A stretch of 64,000 bases of DNA, taken from positions 106,407-170,406 of IMG/VR virus record IMGVR_UViG_3300030102_007788. One strand, given 5' to 3'. Under the pieces are notes generated by a model. It was not told the DNA's origin. It saw only the letters and a program-made list of their open reading frames with translations, and did no database searches. Of this stretch, positions 7,451 to 14,950 are shown one piece after another. This DNA is from a virus. Each line of letters begins with the position of its first letter. Within the stretch, counting starts at the first letter, position 1. The translations under genes and the position numbers were made by a program.

Positions 7451-7933
7451 TTATAATTTATAAAACACGTGTTGGCCGATTGTCTTGACGGGCTTTTGAC
7501 CTTTTGCCCAGTAAGGTAATTTTTTCATCCATGTGGCATGGTAGTGATTAGCGAAGCCAACATATTCGCGGCTTAAAGTTTTGACATTCTTTGCAACGGT
7601 GATGGCGTATTTTGCCTGTGGCACTTTCAACAAATGCTCAAGGTCTTTTAGCTTTTTTCCATTCCAACAACTAAATTGCCATTTTTTAAGGCATACCTCC
7701 GTGGGAGTTTGTTTTCTTTCAAATGCTCGTTGAGCAATGACAGCACCCACCGCGTACATTCCTTTTTCCCCTTCCCCTCTGGCTTCCGCCAATATAGTAA
7801 TTGCGACGACTTTTTCCTCACGGGTGAGGCTTTGGTTGCTGTGTGTGTGGGCGTAAGCATAAACAGAGTTAACAATTAAAAACAATTGAAAAACAACAGG
7901 TAATAAACAAACTGATATAATTAATTTTCTCAT
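7451..7933 (-). CDS. SleB-like cell wall hydrolase (Hydrolase_2) with N-terminal signal/anchor
   Basis: TILAEARGEG..GM.AV..VI..R, QFSCWN, ANHYHA, PYWA, IGQHVFYK; start reassigned to MRKLII. Confidence 0.88.
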   Translation of the reverse strand: MRKLIISVCLLPVVFQLFLIVNSVYAYAHTHSNQSLTREEKVVAITILAEARGEGEKGMYAVGAVIAQRAFERKQTPTEVCLKKWQFSCWNGKKLKDLEHLLKVPQAKYAITVAKNVKTLSREYVGFANHYHATWMKKLPYWAKGQKPVKTIGQHVFYKL

Positions 7934-7937
7934 TTTT

Positions 7938-8156
7938 TTATTCTCCATCCATTGAGGTTGGTTCACCGTGCAGGGCGTTAGTGATTTTGGCCCGTGATTG
8001 GGCTAGGTCGTCGGCAAGCCGTTTGCAAGTCTCGCGCATTTCCTCAACTGTTAAGTATGTGGATTTTGCGAGGTGTTCTAGGACTCCTTCAGTCTCGGCG
8101 ATTGTCACTTGGGCCGTGCTGATTTTTCTTTCGTTTGCGTAGTCAATCATTCTCAT
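7938..8156 (-). CDS. Small hypothetical protein
   Basis: Own promoter TTGACC-17-TATACT-10-ATG. Confidence 0.75.
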   Translation of the reverse strand: MRMIDYANERKISTAQVTIAETEGVLEHLAKSTYLTVEEMRETCKRLADDLAQSRAKITNALHGEPTSMDGE

Positions 8157-8245
8157 AACAGAAAAAAGTATAGTTTAGTTTTCGGGTAAGGTCAACAGTA
8201 AAATTGCATTTAATAGCAAAAAAATTATTGTGCAGGTTAGGACGG

Positions 8246-8512
8246 TCATTTGCTGAAATGGCCGTGATCTTCAAAACATTTGACGATCTCAACGACACGG
8301 TGAATGTCACCAGTCAACACCTTGTTTCCGTCAAGGTCTTTCTCTAGCACCACGCTGTTGTGGTATTGGTCAATCATCTCCTGCTCAGTTGTGCCAAGCG
8401 GGAAAGTGCAGCCTCCTACATTGTTAACACGGGCCATAAAGTGGTTGCCGGTGTAGGTTGGGTTCTTCTCCACTTTGAAGGTAACATTTAAGAATGGTTT
8501 CTTATCTCTCAT
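8246..8512 (-). CDS. Small hypothetical protein (88 aa, MRDKK)
   Basis: Start reassigned; promoter TTGACT-16-TATACT-10-ATG. Confidence 0.75.
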   Translation of the reverse strand: MRDKKPFLNVTFKVEKNPTYTGNHFMARVNNVGGCTFPLGTTEQEMIDQYHNSVVLEKDLDGNKVLTGDIHRVVEIVKCFEDHGHFSK

Positions 8513-8570
8513 AACGGGAATTAGTATATCAGAATTTTTTAAAAAGTCAACAACTATTTTCAACTTTTTT

Positions 8571-8768
8571 TCAACCGCCGATGGCGATCTCGGCGATTGC
8601 CTCACGCCATGCGTCACAAGCCGCATCTACGTCGAGCTTGTTCTCGTAGGCCCAGCGAATGACTTCGCCCTCGTAGTCCTTGTCGATGCCACCGAAGCCC
8701 AGCTCCCAGTAGTTGCAATGTTTCGTGACCTCGTTGAAGTAGTCTTTGTAATTGTTCATATCTCTCAT
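8571..8768 (-). CDS. Small acidic hypothetical protein
   Basis: Promoter TTGCAA-16-TATACT-10-ATG. Confidence 0.75.
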   Translation of the reverse strand: MRDMNNYKDYFNEVTKHCNYWELGFGGIDKDYEGEVIRWAYENKLDVDAACDAWREAIAEIAIGG

Positions 8769-8908
8769 AACGGAAAACAGTATATCACAGCCTCAGAAAA
8801 TTGCAAGCTTTTTTTCTCATATTTTTTTATTTTTATTAAAAAAACTTTTTTTAATAATTCGCACAGGTTGGCACGGAAACCCATCGGCAAAACACGCCTT
8901 AGAATACG

Positions 8909-8986
8909 TAAGTCACTGATAGTCAACGACTTACGCCGCCGGCGGGGGGGCGCCGCGCTCCTAAGTGACTGATACTCAAGGACTTA
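8909..8986 (+). repeat. 78-bp bipartite palindrome element, copy 5
   Basis: TAAGTCACTGATAGTCAACGACTTA + 28 nt + TAAGTGACTGATACTCAAGGACTTA. Confidence 0.95.
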
Positions 8987-9017
8987 CGACTTCAAACAGA
9001 GTTTTTTATTTAATCAC

Positions 9018-9041
9018 AAAAAAACCCCGCCTTGGCGGGGT
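9018..9041 (-). terminator. Intrinsic terminator
   Basis: ACCCCGCC-AA-GGCGGGGT followed by a T tract. Confidence 0.75.
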
Positions 9042-9060
9042 GACTTGGCACGGTTCCTGA

Positions 9061-9255
9061 TTAACCGGCGGCGATCAGCAGGTCAAGGGCAGCGTCCTCG
9101 GCGAGCTGCGCGTCAGACTGGCGGCCCATCTCATCCGCGACCATGTCCGCGTCCTGCGCGGCGATGTCCGCCTCGCGACGCTCATCACACCACGCGTTCA
9201 ACTCAAACTCCTCCTCGCAGGAGAGTTCCATGAATAACGATTTCATCATTCCCAT
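9061..9255 (-). CDS. Small, very acidic protein (64 aa)
   Basis: Start reassigned; promoter TTGACT-16-TACTCT-10-ATG. Confidence 0.72.
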   Translation of the reverse strand: MGMMKSLFMELSCEEEFELNAWCDERREADIAAQDADMVADEMGRQSDAQLAEDAALDLLIAAG

Positions 9256-9302
9256 AACAGAAAAAAGAGTAACAGAATCAGAAAAAAAGTCAACGAAAAA
9301 AA

Positions 9303-9518
9303 TCAGTTTTTTTCGGGATCCTCCCACACGATTTCCCAATCGTATGGGGAGTTGGACAAGTCACACGGAGCGACCTTGCACTTGACAGCGGACTTGGCCT
9401 CACGGGCACAAGTGATAGCAGCCTCAAGACCCTCATGGCTCGGAGCGAACCAGCGAACAAACTCAAGCCGACCAGTGGCGGACTTGACCTCAACGAAGTA
9501 TTTAGCATGAAACCTCAT
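9303..9518 (-). CDS. Small hypothetical protein
   Basis: Promoter TTGACT-16-TATTCT-10-ATG. Confidence 0.75.
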   Translation of the reverse strand: MRFHAKYFVEVKSATGRLEFVRWFAPSHEGLEAAITCAREAKSAVKCKVAPCDLSNSPYDWEIVWEDPEKN

Positions 9519-9565
9519 AACAGAAAAAAGAATATCAGAATCTCAGGAAAAGTCAACAATAAATC

Positions 9566-9700
9566 TCACTTTTTTTTTCTTTTTAATCCGCGCTTAAACT
9601 GCTCCCATGTGGGGCGTTCAGCTTCGGGGATTGCCTTCCATTCTTTCATCTGCGCTTGACGTAGCAGCGCACCACCAAAAGATTTAATATTATCACTCAT
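9566..9700 (-). CDS. Small protein (44 aa, MSDNIKSFGG...PTWEQFKRGLKRKKK)
   Basis: Read by hand; promoter TTGCAA-16-TAAAAT-10-ATG. Confidence 0.7.
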   Translation of the reverse strand: MSDNIKSFGGALLRQAQMKEWKAIPEAERPTWEQFKRGLKRKKK

Positions 9701-9749
9701 AACGAAAAAAATTTTATCAGAATTTCAGGAGATTGCAACCTTTTTTTAA

Positions 9750-9911
9750 TTATTTTCCCATGTTCAGCCAAGTGCTGAATGAACGTTGCATGCGGTTGCG
9801 TCGAGCTTGGCGATTGAGCTTGCGGTATCGTGCATTCCATTTGTCGGCTGTGCTGTCCAAAACTTTTTTGATTGTTTCTTCGCTGATGTTTAATCCTTTG
9901 TTATCTTTCAT
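9750..9911 (-). CDS. Small basic protein (53 aa, MKDNKGLN...)
   Basis: Read by hand; degenerate TTGCAA...GATACT promoter with ACT-ATG start. Confidence 0.6.
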   Translation of the reverse strand: MKDNKGLNISEETIKKVLDSTADKWNARYRKLNRQARRNRMQRSFSTWLNMGK

Positions 9912-9990
9912 AGTATTAAAGTATCATAATTTTTTTAGGTTTGCAAGAAAAACTTTTAATTATTTTTGGCATGGTTCCTGCCTAGGTGCG

Positions 9991-10068
9991 TAAGTCACTG
10001 ATAGTCAATGGGTTATGGGCGCGGGAGGGGGGCGCCGCCGGCGTAAGTCCTTGGTAGTCAACGACTTA
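9991..10068 (+). repeat. 78-bp bipartite palindrome element, copy 6
   Basis: TAAGTCACTGATAGTCAATGGGTTA + 28 nt + TAAGTCCTTGGTAGTCAACGACTTA. Confidence 0.95.
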
Positions 10069-10091
10069 CGTACTGGCGTTGGCGTTGGGGG

Positions 10092-10253
10092 TTACCCCCC
10101 GAAACAAGAGGGGCACGACTCAAAAAATTTGCACCAGCACCGGTCATCAGCCTCGGTCTCGGCCTCGTCGAAGCCGTTGGCGACTGTGACGTTGGCGACC
10201 CAAGCGTCAGACTGCATTTCGAAAACCTCTTCGCATGTAATGTTATCTCTCAT
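10092..10253 (-). CDS. Small acidic Cys-containing protein (53 aa, MRDNIT)
   Basis: Start reassigned; promoter TTGCAC-16-TATACT-10-ATG. Confidence 0.7.
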   Translation of the reverse strand: MRDNITCEEVFEMQSDAWVANVTVANGFDEAETEADDRCWCKFFESCPSCFGG

Positions 10254-10383
10254 AACGGGGATCAGTATACCACAACCGCAGAAAAGTGCAAGCATTATTT
10301 TCATTTTTTTGAAAAAAGTTTTTCTTATTTTTTTTGATTTAGGGCTTGCATTATTCGGCGATTCATGCGACACTATTTCTGTT

Positions 10384-10611
10384 ATGAGGAACTTCCTTAT
10401 TGAATACAGACCAGCCGTCCACGAGGGACGGGAGAACCTAAAGGGCTTGGTGTTCAACTACACCGTAGAAGTCGAGGAACAGTTTGCCAACCGGCAAAAC
10501 CCATCCTGCAAAGCCGACACCGTATGCGCTGGCATTACTGCCCGATGCACCGAGACCGGCGAGTGGAAGCGATTCCGCTGGGATTGCATCCTGAGCATGG
10601 TGGCCAAGTAG
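10384..10611 (+). CDS. Small protein, possible WYL-like SH3 fold (75 aa, MRNFLI)
   Basis: C-terminal GEWKRFRWDCI resembles the WYL RxFRxDRI motif; promoter TTGCAT-17-GACACT-9-ATG. Confidence 0.65.
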   Translation: MRNFLIEYRPAVHEGRENLKGLVFNYTVEVEEQFANRQNPSCKADTVCAGITARCTETGEWKRFRWDCILSMVAK

Positions 10612-10625
10612 GCCACCTTTTTTTT
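10599..10625 (+). terminator. Intrinsic terminator
   Basis: GGTGGCC-AAGTA-GGCCACC followed by T8. Confidence 0.75.
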
Positions 10626-10674
10626 ATCTTTTTACTTGCATTCAACAAAAACTTTTGATATTATTTTTCCAGTT

Positions 10675-10884
10675 ATGAGAGCTACAACAAGACAGCACCT
10701 GTGCGATGAGATTGCCGAGCTTGCCGGTGTGCGCGGCGGCCTTCAGTCATTAACCGCCACGACGTGGCAGGACGCCGATTACCTTCGGAACAAAATTAAC
10801 GAAGCGAATGAGCGTTTGACCGAAATCCAAAACAAGCTGCATGAGGCGACATGGAGCGAAGAAACCGAATGGCTAGACGAATGA
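10675..10884 (+). CDS. Small coiled-coil protein (MRATT)
   Basis: Start reassigned; promoter TTGCAT-17-TATTAT-10-ATG. Confidence 0.72.
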   Translation: MRATTRQHLCDEIAELAGVRGGLQSLTATTWQDADYLRNKINEANERLTEIQNKLHEATWSEETEWLDE

Positions 10885-11171
10885 GATTTCACGCCCTAAC
10901 TGATAATACAAACAATTATTTGCCAATGCATGCGGCGAATAATTTTCCCTATGGTGCGCCACCTGTATTAGAAAACAACGTCATGGAATATAACGAACCG
11001 ACTTGGGACGATGTCCCTGACAAGTTCACCAATTACGATGATGACGCGGCCAAGTGTTTTAGCTGCCGTGGATGGTTCCCGATAGAAGACTGCGTTATTA
11101 ATCATGACGAGGAACATAAAGCTGTGCCTGTCTGTGCCACCTGTGCGGATGGGCGTATAGTATGTATATAA
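10881..11171 (+). CDS. Small Zn-finger protein
   Basis: ATGA coupling; CFSC...CATC. Confidence 0.55.
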   Translation: MRFHALTDNTNNYLPMHAANNFPYGAPPVLENNVMEYNEPTWDDVPDKFTNYDDDAAKCFSCRGWFPIEDCVINHDEEHKAVPVCATCADGRIVCI

Positions 11172-11327
11172 ATTATATAACCACCCCCCCTTTTCTAAAA
11201 GGAGATATCTCAGATTTACGCGAGGGCGGCGGGGGGTGGGCAATTTCATTCTCCCCGATCCTTTTTATCTGACTTTTTCAAAAATACGCGAGACAGCGTA
11301 AGAATAGTTTTTTCAAAAATACTCAAC

Positions 11328-11738
11328 CTAAGTCTTCTTTTTAGTTCTCTTCTTTCGCTTAGGCTTTGGCCGCTTGATAGCTTTATCTTTTTTTGCTTTA
11401 GCTGTTAGGTACTTTTGCGGAATTAGAGCTTTTATAGCATCTTTGGAAGCTTTTTCGAAGTTATAACCGGGCCGCTTACTATAGAATTTATTTTTGTATT
11501 GATCTATTAAGGCATGTACGAGCATATGATGGTATTCGCACAGGGGTATAAGGTCTTCCATTGATTCCTTCCCGGGGCCTTTTCTATTTAAGTTGAGATA
11601 GGAGATGTGATGTATATGAATTTTGTCCTTGGCCCCGCAAGCGGCACATTCGCGGCCATGGTGAGCAAGAGCTTGAAGTCTCTTTCTTTGCCAAGCTTTG
11701 GATTTTAGATACTTTCTATGTTCTTCGGCTCTTCCCAT
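11328..11738 (-). CDS. HNH endonuclease
   Basis: CAACG..IHIHHISY...EDLIPLCEYHH. Confidence 0.85.
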   Translation of the reverse strand: MGRAEEHRKYLKSKAWQRKRLQALAHHGRECAACGAKDKIHIHHISYLNLNRKGPGKESMEDLIPLCEYHHMLVHALIDQYKNKFYSKRPGYNFEKASKDAIKALIPQKYLTAKAKKDKAIKRPKPKRKKRTKKKT

Positions 11739-12385
11739 TTATTGCTTTTACTACAATTATCTGTTGCCCATAGAGGCCTTAAGTTTAAATAGTTAAAACA
11801 CTCCCTCTGAACCTCTTCTTTTGTGAAGTCTTTATTCTTTATGAACCAATCTATAGGTTTATGATGATCTATATGCCATTCGCCATGGTTATCCCAAGAC
11901 ATACCTTCTGAGAAATAGGATTCGATGTGATACTGTACTTGTTCCCAGCTTTGGGCGCCTAACAGGTTAAGTGTCTTTATACTTTTAATAGCGTTAAACC
12001 CGTATTTTTTTGCCGCTCCAAAGGCTTTTGAGGTTCTATTTCTTAGTGTTGTAGCTATTTTATATGGAGGGTTTTCCATTCTTTTTTTATGCGACGCCTT
12101 TGCTTTTTCTTTACCCTTTTCACTTCTTAAATACTTGTACTGAGCATCCCGCCAAGCCTCTGGATTTTCTTTTGCCCATTCGTGGGCTTTATATTTTTTC
12201 CAACAGGACTTACATTCTCTTCTCCTTATATGGGGCTCCTTATTGCTTTTAGGGTAAAAGTCTTTAATATCTAATATTTCGTGACATGTTTTGCACTCCC
12301 TGCTAATTTCTCTACCATTGAGATAAATTGATTTGCCAAAACGCGATTGAACCACTTCTTTAACAGGGATGCCTACCGTAAGCAT
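11705..12385 (-). CDS. HNH-type homing endonuclease with N-terminal Zn ribbon
   Basis: GMSWDNHGEWHIDHHKP...NYLNLRPLWATDNCSK. Confidence 0.85.
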   Translation of the reverse strand: MLTVGIPVKEVVQSRFGKSIYLNGREISRECKTCHEILDIKDFYPKSNKEPHIRRRECKSCWKKYKAHEWAKENPEAWRDAQYKYLRSEKGKEKAKASHKKRMENPPYKIATTLRNRTSKAFGAAKKYGFNAIKSIKTLNLLGAQSWEQVQYHIESYFSEGMSWDNHGEWHIDHHKPIDWFIKNKDFTKEEVQRECFNYLNLRPLWATDNCSKSNKWEEPKNIESI

Positions 12386-12461
12386 AAAGTCATATTACAA
12401 CGGCCAAAATATTTTTTCTAAAATCTTTTGAATTCACAGCGGCCAAAGTTATAATACGTTT

Positions 12462-12731
12462 ATGTTGAAAGTATGTACAAAATGCAAAGAGGCTCTCCCT
12501 TTATCCGACTTTAGGAAGCAGAGTAGTACGAAGGATGGCTTGAAGTATTATTGTAAACAATGCGATAACGAACTCGCGAAAAGCTACTATAAAAAGAATA
12601 AAGAGAAGATTGTCAGTAAAGTTAAGGAATGGCAGGAAAAAAATCCTGAAAAGGTTAAGGGATATAAAAAATCGTACTATGGCAAAAATAGAACTGTACA
12701 ACCACCAACCATTTCCGAAGACAATACATAG
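12462..12731 (+). CDS. Zn-ribbon protein resembling an HNH/endonuclease VII N-terminal domain, leaderless
   Basis: KVCTKC...DF.K...KDGL.YYCKQC; TTGAAT-16-TATAAT-6-ATG. Confidence 0.7.
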   Translation: MLKVCTKCKEALPLSDFRKQSSTKDGLKYYCKQCDNELAKSYYKKNKEKIVSKVKEWQEKNPEKVKGYKKSYYGKNRTVQPPTISEDNT

Positions 12732-13644
12732 GTGGGGTTGGAACGGGGTTACCCGACTAATTGCCAAACATTTTCATGATCATAGCGCAGAGGTAATGCT
12801 TGACGCTATGATCGAGCATACTTTTCACGTAGGGAGAGGTAAAAAAATGGATTTTACTTGTTTTCCCCACATGAAGAAGAAATGGATTAATATGTTCCAT
12901 AATCCTTGTACTTCGTTAGGGTCTACAGAAACAAGATGGGAGCAAAATATATTTTCTCTTTATGGCAACAAGCACTATAGAGCTTTTATGGAGAATTGTA
13001 TTGGATTTATTACATTTAGCAAAAGCGCCGCTTTAAAAACTAGAAAATCTCTACATCATTTAGATATTAATTTACCAGTAGGTTTTGTCCATCACCCATC
13101 CGAAGAATCTAATATAAAATTCAATTTAGAACATTTTGAGCGCCAAGTAATTCATGTCGGCTGGTGGCTTAGGAATTTTGATTCATTTTTTAGGCTTAAG
13201 ACTAAATATAAGAAAATTGTATTACAAGGCCCCGGAGAATACGGAATGGATAGCTATTACAACAGTAAGGCTAAATTAAAAACACGACACGAGCAGAATT
13301 GCACGCATTTAACCAACGGTTATCTTTCTAACGAGCAATACGATGAAATTATGTCAAAGTCAGTTGTCTTTTTGGATTTGTATGACTCTATTGCAAATAA
13401 CGCTATCCTTGAATGTATATCTCGCCAAACACCCATCTTAGTTAACCCTCTAGACTCAGTTGTCGAGTACCTAGGCAAAGATTACCCGTTTTATTACTAC
13501 TCGCTAGATGAAGCGGCGGAAAAGTTAGAGGATGATGATTTACTACAAGAAACCTCTGAATATTTACAAAGCCGCCAAAGCTTGGTAGCTAAAGACAAGT
13601 TTGTGAAAGATTTAGACCATGTCTTGGAAACATTTTTAAAATAA
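12679..13644 (+). CDS. Glycosyltransferase-like protein (GT-B)
   Basis: LSNEQYDEIM..SVVFLDLYDS.ANNAILEC...TPILVN...VVEYLG.DYP; start reassigned to MAKIE. Confidence 0.7.
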   Translation: MAKIELYNHQPFPKTIHRWGWNGVTRLIAKHFHDHSAEVMLDAMIEHTFHVGRGKKMDFTCFPHMKKKWINMFHNPCTSLGSTETRWEQNIFSLYGNKHYRAFMENCIGFITFSKSAALKTRKSLHHLDINLPVGFVHHPSEESNIKFNLEHFERQVIHVGWWLRNFDSFFRLKTKYKKIVLQGPGEYGMDSYYNSKAKLKTRHEQNCTHLTNGYLSNEQYDEIMSKSVVFLDLYDSIANNAILECISRQTPILVNPLDSVVEYLGKDYPFYYYSLDEAAEKLEDDDLLQETSEYLQSRQSLVAKDKFVKDLDHVLETFLK

Positions 13645-13677
13645 GATTTTAAAAAAAATGGATTTTATGTTTTTTCT

Positions 13678-13687
13678 GTGTAATATC
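13678..13687 (+). promoter_or_regulatory. GTGTAATA motif, representative probable late promoter
   Basis: The same motif precedes about 15 starts in zones 2-3 (see findings). Confidence 0.65.
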
Positions 13688-13694
13688 ATTTAAC

Positions 13695-14123
13695 ATGGGA
13701 CTTAATTTAAATTATACCAAGGAAGACGGTCAACAGGCTTTTTACTGGAAGGTTAGCCGAGTTGAGAATTGGTTCCAAGGCACTACTGGTCCGGATTACG
13801 GCTCCAATATCAACACCTTGGGATTCACGAATGAAACCTATCGAAACCAAGGAGCTCCCTCTGTAGCTGATAATATGTTCAACTGCCCATACTCTGGCGC
13901 AGTAGATTATTACGATTACGCAGACCTTACAGGAGTTTCTGGTGAGGTAACTGGAACTAAACGTTTAGGTCCGCCTCTCCCCTCTGATTGGGATTGGGCA
14001 GAAAATGGAGTATCCGGTTGGATGCAGCGGAGTGACGATATCAGGAGCGGAGCGTATGTTTGGTTAAAGAACTGCGTACCTTTCTTCTCAGGAGCAACAG
14101 ACGCATTAACAGAAGGAGAATAA
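13695..14123 (+). CDS. Hypothetical protein, paralog A
   Basis: Shares DLTGVSGEVTGTKRLGP.LPSDW.W with the next gene. Confidence 0.8.
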   Translation: MGLNLNYTKEDGQQAFYWKVSRVENWFQGTTGPDYGSNINTLGFTNETYRNQGAPSVADNMFNCPYSGAVDYYDYADLTGVSGEVTGTKRLGPPLPSDWDWAENGVSGWMQRSDDIRSGAYVWLKNCVPFFSGATDALTEGE

Positions 14124-14127
14124 TACA

Positions 14128-14562
14128 ATGGGACTTTATAAATCAATTACAACAGACGCTGGCTCAACACTTAATTACTGGGATTTCGGTATCGTTGAGG
14201 TTAATACTGCTGCATCAAAAAAAGAAGATCAAAACGCCGTTGTTAACATTTGGGGTTATCATGACGTAGATTATTATAACGCTGGCAAGCCACCTATCGA
14301 AAGATGGAACCAATATACTTGTAATATGGTTAGTGGCACCGATCATTATTCTTACATGGATTTGACGGGTGTTAGCGGTGAAGTAACAGGTACAAAAAGA
14401 CTTGGACCTGCTCTTCCATCTGACTGGAGCTGGACAGCTAATAGTGTTTCTGGTTGGATGGCTAATAGCTCCGATATTCGTAACGGAGCTCAAGCATGGG
14501 CTCTTAACTGTGTTCCTGCTTTTTCAGGAGCTGTTGTGACCGGTCAGGTATATCCAGATTAA
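14128..14562 (+). CDS. Hypothetical protein, paralog B
   Basis: Tandem paralog of the previous gene. Confidence 0.8.
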   Translation: MGLYKSITTDAGSTLNYWDFGIVEVNTAASKKEDQNAVVNIWGYHDVDYYNAGKPPIERWNQYTCNMVSGTDHYSYMDLTGVSGEVTGTKRLGPALPSDWSWTANSVSGWMANSSDIRNGAQAWALNCVPAFSGAVVTGQVYPD

Positions 14563-14586
14563 TTCCCAAAAGAAAGTATATAAATT

Positions 14587-14856
14587 ATGAGCAATACAGA
14601 AAAAACAGGCGGTAGAGACGTTAATTATTGGAGACGCCGTATGGGTCTCCCCGTAGAAGAAGGAAACGTAGGTGCTGGCACCGACGGAAATGTTGGTGCT
14701 GGTAGTTCAGCCCCGGCTCCCGAGCCAGCGCCAGAACCGGCGCCAGAGCCAGCGCCAGAGCCCGTTGAAGACGGTAATGTGGGCGTCGGCACTAGCGAAG
14801 GCAATGTCGGCGCAGGTGACGACGATGGTAATGTAGGTGTCGGTACGACTTCCTAA
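14587..14856 (+). CDS. Low-complexity protein with GNVG[AV]G and PEPA repeats
   Basis: Five GNVGxG motifs around a PAPE linker; terminator follows. Confidence 0.7.
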   Translation: MSNTEKTGGRDVNYWRRRMGLPVEEGNVGAGTDGNVGAGSSAPAPEPAPEPAPEPAPEPVEDGNVGVGTSEGNVGAGDDDGNVGVGTTS

Positions 14857-14881
14857 TACGTTAATTAAATTAGTTCCTCAG

Positions 14882-14913
14882 TCGCAGCCCCCCAGCGGGG
14901 CTGCGATTTTTTT
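14882..14913 (+). terminator. Intrinsic terminator
   Basis: TCGCAGCCCC/GGGGCTGCGA followed by a T tract. Confidence 0.8.
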
Positions 14914-14950
14914 TACTCTTATCTTTTTAGAGATCGTCGTCAATGAGGTA

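Noticed and set aside
854-10068. 78-bp elements as mini-CRISPR arrays (repeat-spacer-repeat)
   Set aside because: Spacers share a conserved core instead of being unique, repeats are degenerate, and no cas genes or leader are visible
8475-10611. Track ORFs 8475-8972, 9733-9993 and the long forms 10015-10611 and 10092-10457
   Set aside because: They read through promoters or repeat elements; real starts are the GTT-ATG sites
2322-10884. GTTATG as an integron attC/attI core site
   Set aside because: GTT is fixed relative to the -10 box and ATG, there is no attC hairpin with R/L boxes, and no IntI in the window
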